This document shows, in pieces, positions 16,442 to 24,102 of a DNA stretch of 29,322 nucleotides. The position numbers and the translations under genes are program-made. Position 1 is the stretch's first letter. Each line of letters opens with the position of its first letter. A model generated the notes under the pieces. The model was not told the origin of the DNA, ran no database searches, and saw only the letters and a list, made by a program, of their open reading frames with translations. Origin of the DNA: a virus (Duplodnaviria > Caudoviricetes); IMG/VR virus record IMGVR_UViG_3300022885_000066, positions 1 to 29,322 of that record, one strand, 5' to 3'.

Positions 16442-17854
16442 TCAGCCCCATCCTTTAAATGTGAGTGTAGTAGCAGACTTCAGAACCGCTTTTGGTGAAT
16501 ACATAGCCATCATTAGCGCGTCACCCATGTTCGGAGAGGGTAGCTGGTAAGGTTTTTTAGCCATGTCTATTTTGCTCATTATCTGTATTTTACCATTGTT
16601 CCCGCGCTTTTGTGGGATTCGACAAACCTCAGAGCGCAACTGGTCTAATACAGCAATGTCAGATGATAATGAGATCATAAGCTCAGGGTCAATGTACTCG
16701 TTGTTAGTCACAGCTCGATAAGTAGCATAGAACCTGTCTCTAAGCCTCCACCAATACTGAGCTCGTTTATTTAAGAAGGTGTCCTTATTAGATTTCGAGT
16801 CCTTTCCAGAATAGGGGACGTTAGCATCGTCAGGAGATTCTGAGCCTCTGAACTGGTGCTTCTGCATCTTAGTAGACTCAAGCTCTTGGTCTACTTGCCT
16901 CTTTAATGATATGCCTAAGCCGTCACAGTCCCACACAAACCAATCCGCGCCACAGTTTCTAGCCTTGGCTAAGGCCCAGTCCATACCTTGATTGACATCA
17001 CCTGTCACCATCTCATCAACCTCTAGCACTACCGAACCCTTGCGTAATGCCCAGCCCTTACTATCACCGCCTTCGTCAGACGGATCGTGAGAGGCTATCT
17101 TCGCACCGGTTGCTTCAAAGCCCAGCTTGACGTGAGCATCTATAGCTGCATCGAACCACTCTGAAGGGATAATTGAGTCTTCAACATCATCCAGAAATGC
17201 TCCCTTCCATATATGAGAGAAAAGAGCGGGAGACATAGACGTTCTGTCGTGCTCCATCTCTTCTAGGAGGACCGTAGGCACAAAGGGATTGTCTTCAATG
17301 TTGATGATTATTATTAGGTGTAGGTCGTCTTCGTAGAAGCCGTCTCGAATAAGCTCCTTTTCGTAGGGCTTGATGAACCTTTGACTGAATGCGTCAGCAC
17401 TAGACCTGGGGTTAGCAGAGAACCATATTTCTGACCCTTCCTCTCTCAGTGTAGGAGTTAAGGCCTTGAGGCTGTCTGCGCTTATTGTCTGTGCTTCCTC
17501 GACCCAGAACCGTCGAAAGCCGTGCATCGACTTAACCCCTTCAGGATTTCTAGCCAGCCCCCTGAATTTAAACATTGGGTCATCATTAAAAAGGATCTGG
17601 TTGTTCTGCACCTCAAAGCCTTGCAGAGAGAGTCTCTCTATCTCGGACTTAAGCAGAGCATGGACAGAGTCATCAATGGAGTTCTGAAACTCTCGGAAAC
17701 AAGCCGTCTTTACATTCTTGGTCATTGCATCCATTAAGCACAAGTCAGCAAAGGTCATTGACTTGCCTGATCCCCTCCCACCAATGGCTATCTTAAATCT
17801 TTTGGGAGTGTTGATGAACTTGCCCAGCTTCTCAGGCACTTGCATCTTAGGCAT
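16442..17854 (-). CDS. terL: Terminase large subunit (PBSX/Sf6-type)
   Basis: Walker A GGRGSGKS, Walker B FWVEEAQ, SANP motif, nuclease HDPSDEGGD and SPNMGDALMM. Start may be 17854 or 17863. Confidence 0.95.
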   Translation of the reverse strand: MPKMQVPEKLGKFINTPKRFKIAIGGRGSGKSMTFADLCLMDAMTKNVKTACFREFQNSIDDSVHALLKSEIERLSLQGFEVQNNQILFNDDPMFKFRGLARNPEGVKSMHGFRRFWVEEAQTISADSLKALTPTLREEGSEIWFSANPRSSADAFSQRFIKPYEKELIRDGFYEDDLHLIIIINIEDNPFVPTVLLEEMEHDRTSMSPALFSHIWKGAFLDDVEDSIIPSEWFDAAIDAHVKLGFEATGAKIASHDPSDEGGDSKGWALRKGSVVLEVDEMVTGDVNQGMDWALAKARNCGADWFVWDCDGLGISLKRQVDQELESTKMQKHQFRGSESPDDANVPYSGKDSKSNKDTFLNKRAQYWWRLRDRFYATYRAVTNNEYIDPELMISLSSDIAVLDQLRSEVCRIPQKRGNNGKIQIMSKIDMAKKPYQLPSPNMGDALMMAMYSPKAVLKSATTLTFKGWG

Positions 17855-18239
17855 TGCCGACAATTTCTACAGTCCACTTCATATCCACATCAACATCAAT
17901 TGGTTCACCATCTCTACCGCTTATCTCCTTCCTCTTGGTTTCTGTCCATCCTGCTTGGTGAGATAGGTAGAACTTGGCTGCTGTAACATCGCCGTCAAGA
18001 GCCTTCTGAGCCAATGATTTAGCGACCTTGGTAATTCCAAGCGCCTTCCCCTTCCTATACGCCTCAGAAAGCTCTGGCTGTCTTTTAAAGGCCGCACGTA
18101 ACGTATTGGGAGTGCAACCAAAATACATAGCTAGCTGTTTCTGGCTTAATACGTCAGATAGGTCTTTGCACTCTGCAATTTCTTCCCCTGTGAATACTCT
18201 TGGGGGTCTGTGAGAAGGATTGGCTACCTTGTCTTCCAT
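17847..18239 (-). CDS. terS: Terminase small subunit
   Basis: N-terminal HTH plus ALDGDVTAAKFYL..QAGW.E and EISGRDGEPI. Overlaps terL. Confidence 0.85.
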   Translation of the reverse strand: MEDKVANPSHRPPRVFTGEEIAECKDLSDVLSQKQLAMYFGCTPNTLRAAFKRQPELSEAYRKGKALGITKVAKSLAQKALDGDVTAAKFYLSHQAGWTETKRKEISGRDGEPIDVDVDMKWTVEIVGNA

Positions 18240-18361
18240 ATCTCTTAATCCAGCTAATTACTTGTTGACTTGTAGTGATATATTAACATTGATCAGGCTT
18301 ATTCACTATACTTCGCTTGCCGTCTCCCCTCTTCAGTATTTAGGTTATGCGGCTTTACGGG

Positions 18362-18679
18362 CTAGATGCCATCATAGTAAGTAGCGGAAGGATCAACCCT
18401 TTGCTGTGCCCCTGCAAGACTACCTAGCGCTCTATTGGATTCTTCAGGAGGATTAGGTAGATCACGAACTCCCTCAAAACTCCTGCTAGTAATATCTTGG
18501 CTAAACTTCGTGGTTGTAGTCTCCTCTGTGTCCTTCACAGGCTCTACAAGGGTAACGTGGTGAAAGGTAGGTATCATGTCGCGAACTGCCTCTGTTGCGT
18601 CCTTGGCTAATACTGTGCGCGTAGTCTCACTCATATCTTGCTTAATACCTGTAACGTTAAACGCTCTTAGCTCGCTCAT
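18362..18679 (-). CDS. Hypothetical protein
   Basis: 105 aa. AAGGGG SD and its own upstream promoter candidate. Confidence 0.65.
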   Translation of the reverse strand: MSELRAFNVTGIKQDMSETTRTVLAKDATEAVRDMIPTFHHVTLVEPVKDTEETTTTKFSQDITSRSFEGVRDLPNPPEESNRALGSLAGAQQRVDPSATYYDGI

Positions 18680-18714
18680 CTTTATTCCCCTTTATTAATC
18701 ATTAACTTAAAGAC

Positions 18715-18723
18715 ATTATACCA
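18715..18723 (-). promoter_or_regulatory. Extended -10 promoter toward packaging genes
   Basis: TG-G-TATAAT, a perfect extended -10, in an AT-rich intergenic region. Confidence 0.6.
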
Positions 18724-18750
18724 TTTATGTATATTTATTATCATAATCAC

Positions 18751-18779
18751 TTGCTACACGTCTTGACGAGGGCTATAGT
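18751..18779 (+). promoter_or_regulatory. Sigma70 promoter with palindrome in spacer
   Basis: TTGCTA-N17-TATAGT. The spacer contains CGTC-TT-GACG. Confidence 0.7.
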
Positions 18780-18816
18780 TCTCCCATTGAACGCAAATAC
18801 ACAACGGGAACAGATT

Positions 18817-18918
18817 ATGAAACTATTAACACGCATTCTAAACGAAATACTTTGTGCTGGGGTTATCGCAGCATTATTTCTCTTCGTACTATTCACATTC
18901 TTTGGAGGTCCAATATGA
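18817..18918 (+). CDS. 33-aa single-TM peptide
   Basis: MKLLTRILNEILCAGVIAALFLFVLFTFFGGPI. GGGA SD. ATGA-coupled to the next gene. Confidence 0.6.
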   Translation: MKLLTRILNEILCAGVIAALFLFVLFTFFGGPI

Positions 18919-19079
18919 GCGACTCTAACGCCCATAGGAAAGGTAAGCGTAACTTCCAAGCATTCCTACCACCTAACGAAGCAAAAGCCGTAGATGAGGC
19001 TAAGAGGCTCTTACAAGCCAGCACAGACAGAGAGTTGGTGATTAAGCTGATAGAGTTCCTTGAATCTAAGCCCCTCTAA
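18915..19079 (+). CDS. Small ribbon-helix-helix-like regulator
   Basis: MSDSNAHRKGKRNFQAFLPPNEAKAVDEAKRLLQASTDRELVIKLIEFL shows a strand-helix-helix pattern. GGAGG SD. Confidence 0.55.
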   Translation: MSDSNAHRKGKRNFQAFLPPNEAKAVDEAKRLLQASTDRELVIKLIEFLESKPL

Positions 19080-19093
19080 TGGGGCTAGTCTTT
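19069..19093. terminator. Hairpin between convergent genes
   Basis: AGCCCC-TCTAAT-GGGGCT followed by AGTCTTT. Confidence 0.5.
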
Positions 19094-19292
19094 ATTCCCC
19101 CGCTAATTCAAAAGGCTGGCCGATGCCAATCATCGCCACCTGTACATTGTAACCACTATCAAACTCTTCACGCTCTAAGTCTGTCTTGCCGCCGTTAGTT
19201 GTCATTGAATAGCCCAGCCTGGCGCAGATCATGCCCGCGTAAAATGCTGGCGTTATCTCGAATATCTCCTTCCCTACTTGGATTTTATTCAC
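19092..19292 (-). CDS. Hypothetical protein
   Basis: 66 aa, GTG start, GGGTG SD, in operon. Confidence 0.55.
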   Translation of the reverse strand: MNKIQVGKEIFEITPAFYAGMICARLGYSMTTNGGKTDLEREEFDSGYNVQVAMIGIGQPFELAGE

Positions 19293-19303
19293 TTAACACC
19301 CCG

Positions 19304-19501
19304 TTATATCCCATCAATTAATTTATCGTAACTAAAGCCCGTACCTGCTTTGATCTTCTTTAGATTAGCAAATGAGGGATCTCGTTTACCTGATTCGTAC
19401 TGTGATATATGAGCGCCACTTATGCCGCATCGCCTGCCTAGCTCTACTTGTGTTAGGCCCATCATCTTCCTGATAGATGTTAAATGATTGCAGAAACTCA
19501 T
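19304..19501 (-). CDS. XRE-family HTH regulator
   Basis: IRKMMGLTQVELGRRCGISGAHISQYESGKRDPS. Confidence 0.9.
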   Translation of the reverse strand: MSFCNHLTSIRKMMGLTQVELGRRCGISGAHISQYESGKRDPSFANLKKIKAGTGFSYDKLIDGI

Positions 19502-19935
19502 GCGAAGTGTTCCTTAATGCCTTTTGCTACTTCAGGCAGGAAGTATTGATTAGGGTATTTTTGGAGGCGTTTAGATATCTTTTTAAATGAATAGCCTTCT
19601 TTGTCGTTCATTTGTGCGCAACTTGGTGTGGATCTTCGCGTCCAACTGCTTACTAGCATCCCTATATCGTCTTCCTCAGTAATTGGGGGCTCTATCTTTT
19701 CGTAATGACTAGCCCCTACTTCGCTAAGAAGCCCCACCTTTCCAACCAAAGCGGAAGAAGTGGCCGTTAGTCCTCGATATTTTATCTTGGTAACTACACA
19801 CGCCCTTCCTAAGCAGCAAAATCCTATAGCTTTATTGCCAAGTTCTTCTTTAGTCTGCCCAATACCTCTGTCTGTAGCCGTCATTAAATCCTCGAGCCAA
19901 AGAATTGCTGCTTTAATCTGATCTTCAGTTTTCAT
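19498..19935 (-). CDS. Conserved phage hypothetical protein
   Basis: FCCLGRAC...MNDKEGYSFKKI pattern. Strong SD. Confidence 0.7.
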   Translation of the reverse strand: MKTEDQIKAAILWLEDLMTATDRGIGQTKEELGNKAIGFCCLGRACVVTKIKYRGLTATSSALVGKVGLLSEVGASHYEKIEPPITEEDDIGMLVSSWTRRSTPSCAQMNDKEGYSFKKISKRLQKYPNQYFLPEVAKGIKEHFA

Positions 19936-20007
19936 AATCTTCCCCTTTGTTAATTAGCATCTAGTAAACCATACATCTACCATTAAGTATAGTATTATAT
20001 TGCAGAC

Positions 20008-20034
20008 AAAGAAAAGCCCCAAAACAGCAGGGGC
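20008..20034 (-). terminator. Rho-independent terminator after lysis cassette
   Basis: GCCCC-TGCTGTTTT-GGGGC-TTTTCTTT. Confidence 0.75.
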
Positions 20035-20155
20035 GCAAGGGTCACTCTCAAGTAGGTGGCAAGGCTGGCACAACGGGAAGAAGGGGGACAGCCAGCCCTG
20101 CCGTAAGTCGTTGTTATTTTTCGTAACCTTTACCTTTAGGCATGATGTTCTCCAA
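20008..20155 (-). ncRNA. Candidate structured small RNA / 3' UTR with 9-codon minigene
   Basis: 12-bp stem (20058-20069/20091-20102) with C/U-rich loop, then terminator. SD-led MPKGKGYEK ORF at 20143-20114. Confidence 0.3.
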
Positions 20156-20159
20156 TTAG

Positions 20160-20357
20160 TTAGTCCTTACAATACTCTATGGCCTGCCCTACTGTATACT
20201 CTTTCGGCACTTTACATAAATCTACATCTGCTTCCGAATCTGTGAACGAGCCTTCAACGTGAACAGTTCCTTTTGCGTGTGTTGCGCCATCTAATACAGT
20301 CAACGCGCTCTGACAGCTTGTGAGGGCGACTAACGATATAAATAATAGTATTTTCAC
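20160..20357 (-). CDS. Small lipoprotein (o-spanin-like position)
   Basis: GTG start overlapping the upstream TGA. MKILLFISLVALTS-C lipobox. Confidence 0.75.
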   Translation of the reverse strand: MKILLFISLVALTSCQSALTVLDGATHAKGTVHVEGSFTDSEADVDLCKVPKEYTVGQAIEYCKD

Positions 20358-20761
20358 TCTGTTTTCTCCAGTTTCCCATCCCAAAAGGCTTCCCCGCCCC
20401 ATGTTTGAACTAATTTGTAATAAGTAAGCACTCGCAGCCGTCTAACAGGCTTCAGGAACCACACAGAGAACAACCTTACCAATCTATGCCCGTTGTTCCT
20501 CATCCGTCTGTCAGCTCGCTCCTTGTCCTCGTGCGTCTGCCCGTAATAATAGTCAGCATCATGTATCTGGCACATTGGCCGCAAGTCTAAGCCCCATGCT
20601 GTTTGAGGCACAGGAAGTCTAGATCCTTTACTGCCGCATGAATTACATATTTCTAATAGCTCATCGAAGTTGATCCGCGCAAATCTGGCATCAGCATCAA
20701 GTTTCCCTGCTTCTACCAGCTCAAGCGTTTTAATCAATGATTCTGTTAGAGTTTGCCTCAT
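20354..20761 (-). CDS. Phospholipase A2-like protein
   Basis: CNSCG...CQIHDADY...AD..M...YYKLV matches the prokaryotic/viral PLA2 CxxHDxxY...D pattern. Confidence 0.6.
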   Translation of the reverse strand: MRQTLTESLIKTLELVEAGKLDADARFARINFDELLEICNSCGSKGSRLPVPQTAWGLDLRPMCQIHDADYYYGQTHEDKERADRRMRNNGHRLVRLFSVWFLKPVRRLRVLTYYKLVQTWGGEAFWDGKLEKTE

Positions 20762-21192
20762 ATCTCGGAGATAACCCAGTAGACTTCTTGTTGGTCGTCT
20801 AATGCTGCCTGTACAAGCACTGTAAGCTCGCGCTCAAGGCTTCCTGATACTTTGCCCTTGCCGTCTGACTTCTTAGCCACTATCACGCAGCCAGAGGTGT
20901 GTTCGATGTTATTTCCGCCATGCACTCTAATACCCGTAAACCTTACCCCATGCCTGTTTATGCTGTGGTCATACTCAGTGTCGAACAATACAATCATGTT
21001 GCGCTTAAAAGCAGGGGATCGAGTAATTTTTACTTGGTAGGTAAATTCTGGGATGCACGTCTCGTCTTGGATCTTAACGCCTGGTGGCCGTCCTGCGTCT
21101 TCTAAGCTATTGCCGAAGTAATTGCCATTAACGTACACTTTGCCGTCAGTATGGTCTTTCTGATAGGTTCTGAAGGTGTTGATTATCATCAT
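20758..21192 (-). CDS. DUF5675-family L,D-peptidase-like protein, putative endolysin
   Basis: SLED...KI..ETCIP..TY...SPAF...FTGIRVHGGNNIEHTSGCVIV. Confidence 0.82.
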   Translation of the reverse strand: MMIINTFRTYQKDHTDGKVYVNGNYFGNSLEDAGRPPGVKIQDETCIPEFTYQVKITRSPAFKRNMIVLFDTEYDHSINRHGVRFTGIRVHGGNNIEHTSGCVIVAKKSDGKGKVSGSLERELTVLVQAALDDQQEVYWVISEI

Positions 21193-21437
21193 AAGGTGTC
21201 GAATTGACGCTCTAATCGCTCTAATCTAATATTAGTTGATTTTTGAAAGCTATCTGTTTGCGCCCCTAACACCCCTATTTTAGTTTCTAAATCCCCAAGG
21301 ATTAAGCCTAGATTATAAGTCAGCCCTGATAGCAAGAGCGCAAAGGATATTAATATTACCGCCACAAGCTTGATGAGAGAGGCCATCTTGTTGAGGCTTG
21401 CGTCTGTTATAACTTCTGCTGCGATAGAACTGCTCAT
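21189..21437 (-). CDS. Holin-like membrane protein
   Basis: 82 aa, one strong TM segment and a coiled C-terminus. Precedes the endolysin candidate. Confidence 0.5.
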   Translation of the reverse strand: MSSSIAAEVITDASLNKMASLIKLVAVILISFALLLSGLTYNLGLILGDLETKIGVLGAQTDSFQKSTNIRLERLERQFDTL

Positions 21438-21509
21438 TATCCATCATACCTTTTAAGCGATTAATCAAATACTTAAAGCATACTACTACACTGTTGGCTA
21501 GGGTGCTAA

Positions 21510-21995
21510 TTAGCTAAACCCCAACATTTGATCGATTGTATTCTGTGCGATTTCCTCAGTCATACCGTGGACCTTAGACACAACTAACCGCCATATAACC
21601 TCGAATACAGTTTTATACAGCTCGTTGAACTCCAGCTCATCCATACTCCCGAAACTAATAGACTTAGCCACGAACCTAACCTCGTTCTTAATGTTGACCA
21701 CGGCCTCCCTGTGCCCCGCTAGGATAGTTACATCTTCGCGGAATCTATCAAAATTCTTTACCGCTTCCATTTCCCTTATCATCTGTGGCTCAGGCTCAAA
21801 ATACTGATAGCCAAAGTTTAATAGGGCAAAGAACTTCGCGTGAAAAGCAGGGTTTCGCACCTGCTTAATGTCAGCGGTTACATAACGGTTATTAGCTATC
21901 TTTTCCACTATCTCTGCGTCAGATTCATTAGCAGGCCGGAACATGCCGCCAGGCATCTTAATCAGGGCTAATTGCATATTGACCTGCTTATCCAA
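21510..21995 (-). CDS. DUF1367-family protein
   Basis: RNPAFHAKFFALLNFG...FDRFREDVTILAGH...AKSISFGSMDE.EF..LY. Confidence 0.85.
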   Translation of the reverse strand: MDKQVNMQLALIKMPGGMFRPANESDAEIVEKIANNRYVTADIKQVRNPAFHAKFFALLNFGYQYFEPEPQMIREMEAVKNFDRFREDVTILAGHREAVVNIKNEVRFVAKSISFGSMDELEFNELYKTVFEVIWRLVVSKVHGMTEEIAQNTIDQMLGFS

Positions 21996-22240
21996 AGTTG
22001 CGAGAGGACAGCATCATAGTGTATGCCGTTCTTTTGAGCTGTTAGTCTGCTTGGTGGTGGTAATTTGCCCCTATTTCTGATTCGAAGCCTTGTAGCTTCA
22101 GCGCTCGTCCGCAATACACCTGCATCGAATAGCTTATTTCTTACACAGCTATGACTAATGCGAATGGTTAAGGCTAGGTCTTTTATGCTGCTGCCGTCTA
22201 CGTAGTCCTGTATCTGCTGATCTGTTAAGTTATTACTCAT
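21968..22240 (-). CDS. Putative HTH DNA-binding protein
   Basis: YVDGSSIKDLALTIRISHSCVRNKLFDAGV. Confidence 0.65.
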   Translation of the reverse strand: MSNNLTDQQIQDYVDGSSIKDLALTIRISHSCVRNKLFDAGVLRTSAEATRLRIRNRGKLPPPSRLTAQKNGIHYDAVLSQLWISRSICN

Positions 22241-22249
22241 TATTTTACC

Positions 22250-22690
22250 TCAAAACGGAATATCGTCGTCAAAGTCGTGGAAACCGCTAGGCGGTGCTTG
22301 CTGTGGCTGTTGTGCCTGCTGCTGTGGCTGACTAGGTGCGCCCTGCTGATAATCGCCCTTGCTGTCTAGCATCTGCATTTCATGGCACTTAATCTCAGTT
22401 GTGTACTTCTTCGCGCCGTCTTGCTCATAGGATCTAGTCTGTAGCTTGCCTTCCAAATAAAGTTTTGAGCCTTTTTTCACATACTGCTCGATAATCTCGG
22501 CCAATCGACCCCAAACAACTATTCGATGCCACTCGGTTTTCTCTTGCTTTTGACCGGAATCCTTATCTTTCCATGTCTCGCTCGTTGCAATTGAGAAGTT
22601 AGCCACAGCGTTACCGTTATCTATGCGCTTAACTTCTGGATCATTGCCAACATTGCCGATAATGATTACCTTGTTTATTCCTCCGCTCAT
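22250..22690 (-). CDS. ssb: Single-stranded DNA-binding protein
   Basis: [15 protein letters not shown]...TEWHRIV...DFDDDIPF. Confidence 0.97.
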   Translation of the reverse strand: MSGGINKVIIIGNVGNDPEVKRIDNGNAVANFSIATSETWKDKDSGQKQEKTEWHRIVVWGRLAEIIEQYVKKGSKLYLEGKLQTRSYEQDGAKKYTTEIKCHEMQMLDSKGDYQQGAPSQPQQQAQQPQQAPPSGFHDFDDDIPF

Positions 22691-23082
22691 AATCCTAGCT
22701 CCTTTCTCATTTTTCGTAATCTTAATTGAATTTCGTTTCCTTCCATCGCCTTGTGTGGCAATGCTTTGAACTGGCTGTGGCTAAGGTGGTTGCGCTCTTT
22801 TCGGCACAATCCTCTAAAGTCTCCCAGCCCCATAAACCCTTTCCAATCCTCAGCTCTCTTAGCTCCGCGCTGGATATCCTGTTCGCTAAAGTCAGCCAAT
22901 ACGGACGCTTCCCAATATTTAAAATCAGTCGAGCCAATAGGGTCGTGAACATACTTCATAGCTTCAAGTTTCCTCCATGCCGTAGAGAACACGGTTCTTT
23001 TGGATGTATTCTCTTGCTGCCTGGTCTGACCGCTCTGATCTTGTTTGCCTAGCTGGTTGACTAAATTGTTTACCTTTTGCAT
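22687..23082 (-). CDS. Replication-associated protein (lambda P-like position)
   Basis: 131 aa overlapping the initiator 3' end. W...L.DFS..DI..G...LGDFRGLC pattern. Confidence 0.5.
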   Translation of the reverse strand: MQKVNNLVNQLGKQDQSGQTRQQENTSKRTVFSTAWRKLEAMKYVHDPIGSTDFKYWEASVLADFSEQDIQRGAKRAEDWKGFMGLGDFRGLCRKERNHLSHSQFKALPHKAMEGNEIQLRLRKMRKELGL

Positions 23083-23701
23083 CTGCCTTGCCTCGTGTTA
23101 TCCAAGTCGTTACAGCGTGTTTCCAAGACTTCATTGGATTCTTGCCAACCTTCCAGCCATTAGATTCGTAGTGATTTAAGAATGATACAGCTTGCTGGTT
23201 AGGATCTATAACTCGTGAATCAAATTCTATTATCAATTCATCAATCGTAGGACGTGCCATACGTCCAGTGTGTTTATTAACACTTATTAACTTATTATCT
23301 TTATTTAAGTTATTAAGGTGTGGTCGTTCGCTGGTTGTTTGCTGGTCATATGCTGGTTGTTTGCTGGTTGTTTGCTGGTTGTTATATTGGTACTTTTCGT
23401 AGTTAAGCACCGTAATCATTGAGTATTGGCTGGTTGTTTGCTGGTCAATCATGTGGTCATTAACTAGCATGTCAATGTAGCGCCTTAGCTTAGTCTCAGA
23501 AATGCTCAAACGCTCGGACCATACCTTCCTGCCAAATATAACTTGGCCCCTCTCAACAGTGATTAGCTTCTTATTAAACAGTTTGGTTTTAGTCTCCCAA
23601 TTAGCTTCCATAAGCAAGGCCACCCAAAACTTGAGTAAGTCTGACTCTTGGAACACCCAATGGGATTGCATTGATCTTTGTAGAGAAATCCAGCCTGACA
23701 A
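22964..23701 (-). CDS. Phage replication initiator (O-like/replisome organiser)
   Basis: MSGWISLQRSMQSHWVF...VERGQ wHTH and C-terminal F.NHYESNGWKVGKNPMKSWK. TTG start with AAGGAGG SD. Contains iterons. Confidence 0.85.
   Translation of the reverse strand: MSGWISLQRSMQSHWVFQESDLLKFWVALLMEANWETKTKLFNKKLITVERGQVIFGRKVWSERLSISETKLRRYIDMLVNDHMIDQQTTSQYSMITVLNYEKYQYNNQQTTSKQPAYDQQTTSERPHLNNLNKDNKLISVNKHTGRMARPTIDELIIEFDSRVIDPNQQAVSFLNHYESNGWKVGKNPMKSWKHAVTTWITRGKADAKGKQFSQPARQTRSERSDQAAREYIQKNRVLYGMEET
23270..23447. repeat. Putative replication origin: 11-bp iterons plus AT-rich tract
   Basis: GCTGGTTGTTT at 23330, 23352, 23363 and 23429, with variants at 23341, 23374 and 23440. AT-rich stretch ~23272-23316. 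Confidence 0.8.
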
Positions 23702-23703
23702 AA

Positions 23704-23920
23704 TAACCTCCTTAAAATTGGTCCCTCGGTTTGAAGCAGCCCGAGCGGCAAATCTTGAACGATTAGAAAGGCTCCCAAGGGACCAAATCTAAAAAGGCTA
23801 TTTATGGTTTCATAGCCACTCTTTTGTTAGCCCCGCTTCAACAGGGATAGTGCTTTAAAAAACGGGAACCTAAACCTGAGCATTCCCACACAAAGTCTGA
23901 TTACTCACAATAAGTAATAC
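23704..23920 (-). promoter_or_regulatory. Structured 5' leader of replication gene
   Basis: Several hairpins, two terminator-like elements, complementary loop sequences and a 12-bp stem ending just before the SD. Confidence 0.55.
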
Positions 23921-23926
23921 ACAACA

Positions 23927-23999
23927 ATCTTACTACTCGGCTTACGACTTATCAATTGGTATTTCCGATAGTAAACCGATCATCATCGGAAAAAACGAT
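23927..23999 (-). promoter_or_regulatory. Sigma70 promoter with upstream LysR-type box
   Basis: TTGATA-N17-TAAGAT (23955-23927). ATC-N9-GAT at 23985-23999 and ATC-N9-AAT at 23955-23969. Confidence 0.6.
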
Positions 24000-24100
24000 T
24001 AAAGATGGCTCTCGGCATTAGCTATTGCATAGCCAATAATAATGGCAGAGATAACAATGCCGACAAGTATTCCAATTCCAAATGCTGCTAATATGCTCAT
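23999..24100 (-). CDS. 33-aa single-TM peptide
   Basis: MSILAAFGIGILVGIVISAIIIGYAIANAESHL. AGGGG SD, directly after ninG. Confidence 0.6.
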   Translation of the reverse strand: MSILAAFGIGILVGIVISAIIIGYAIANAESHL

Positions 24101-24102
24101 AA

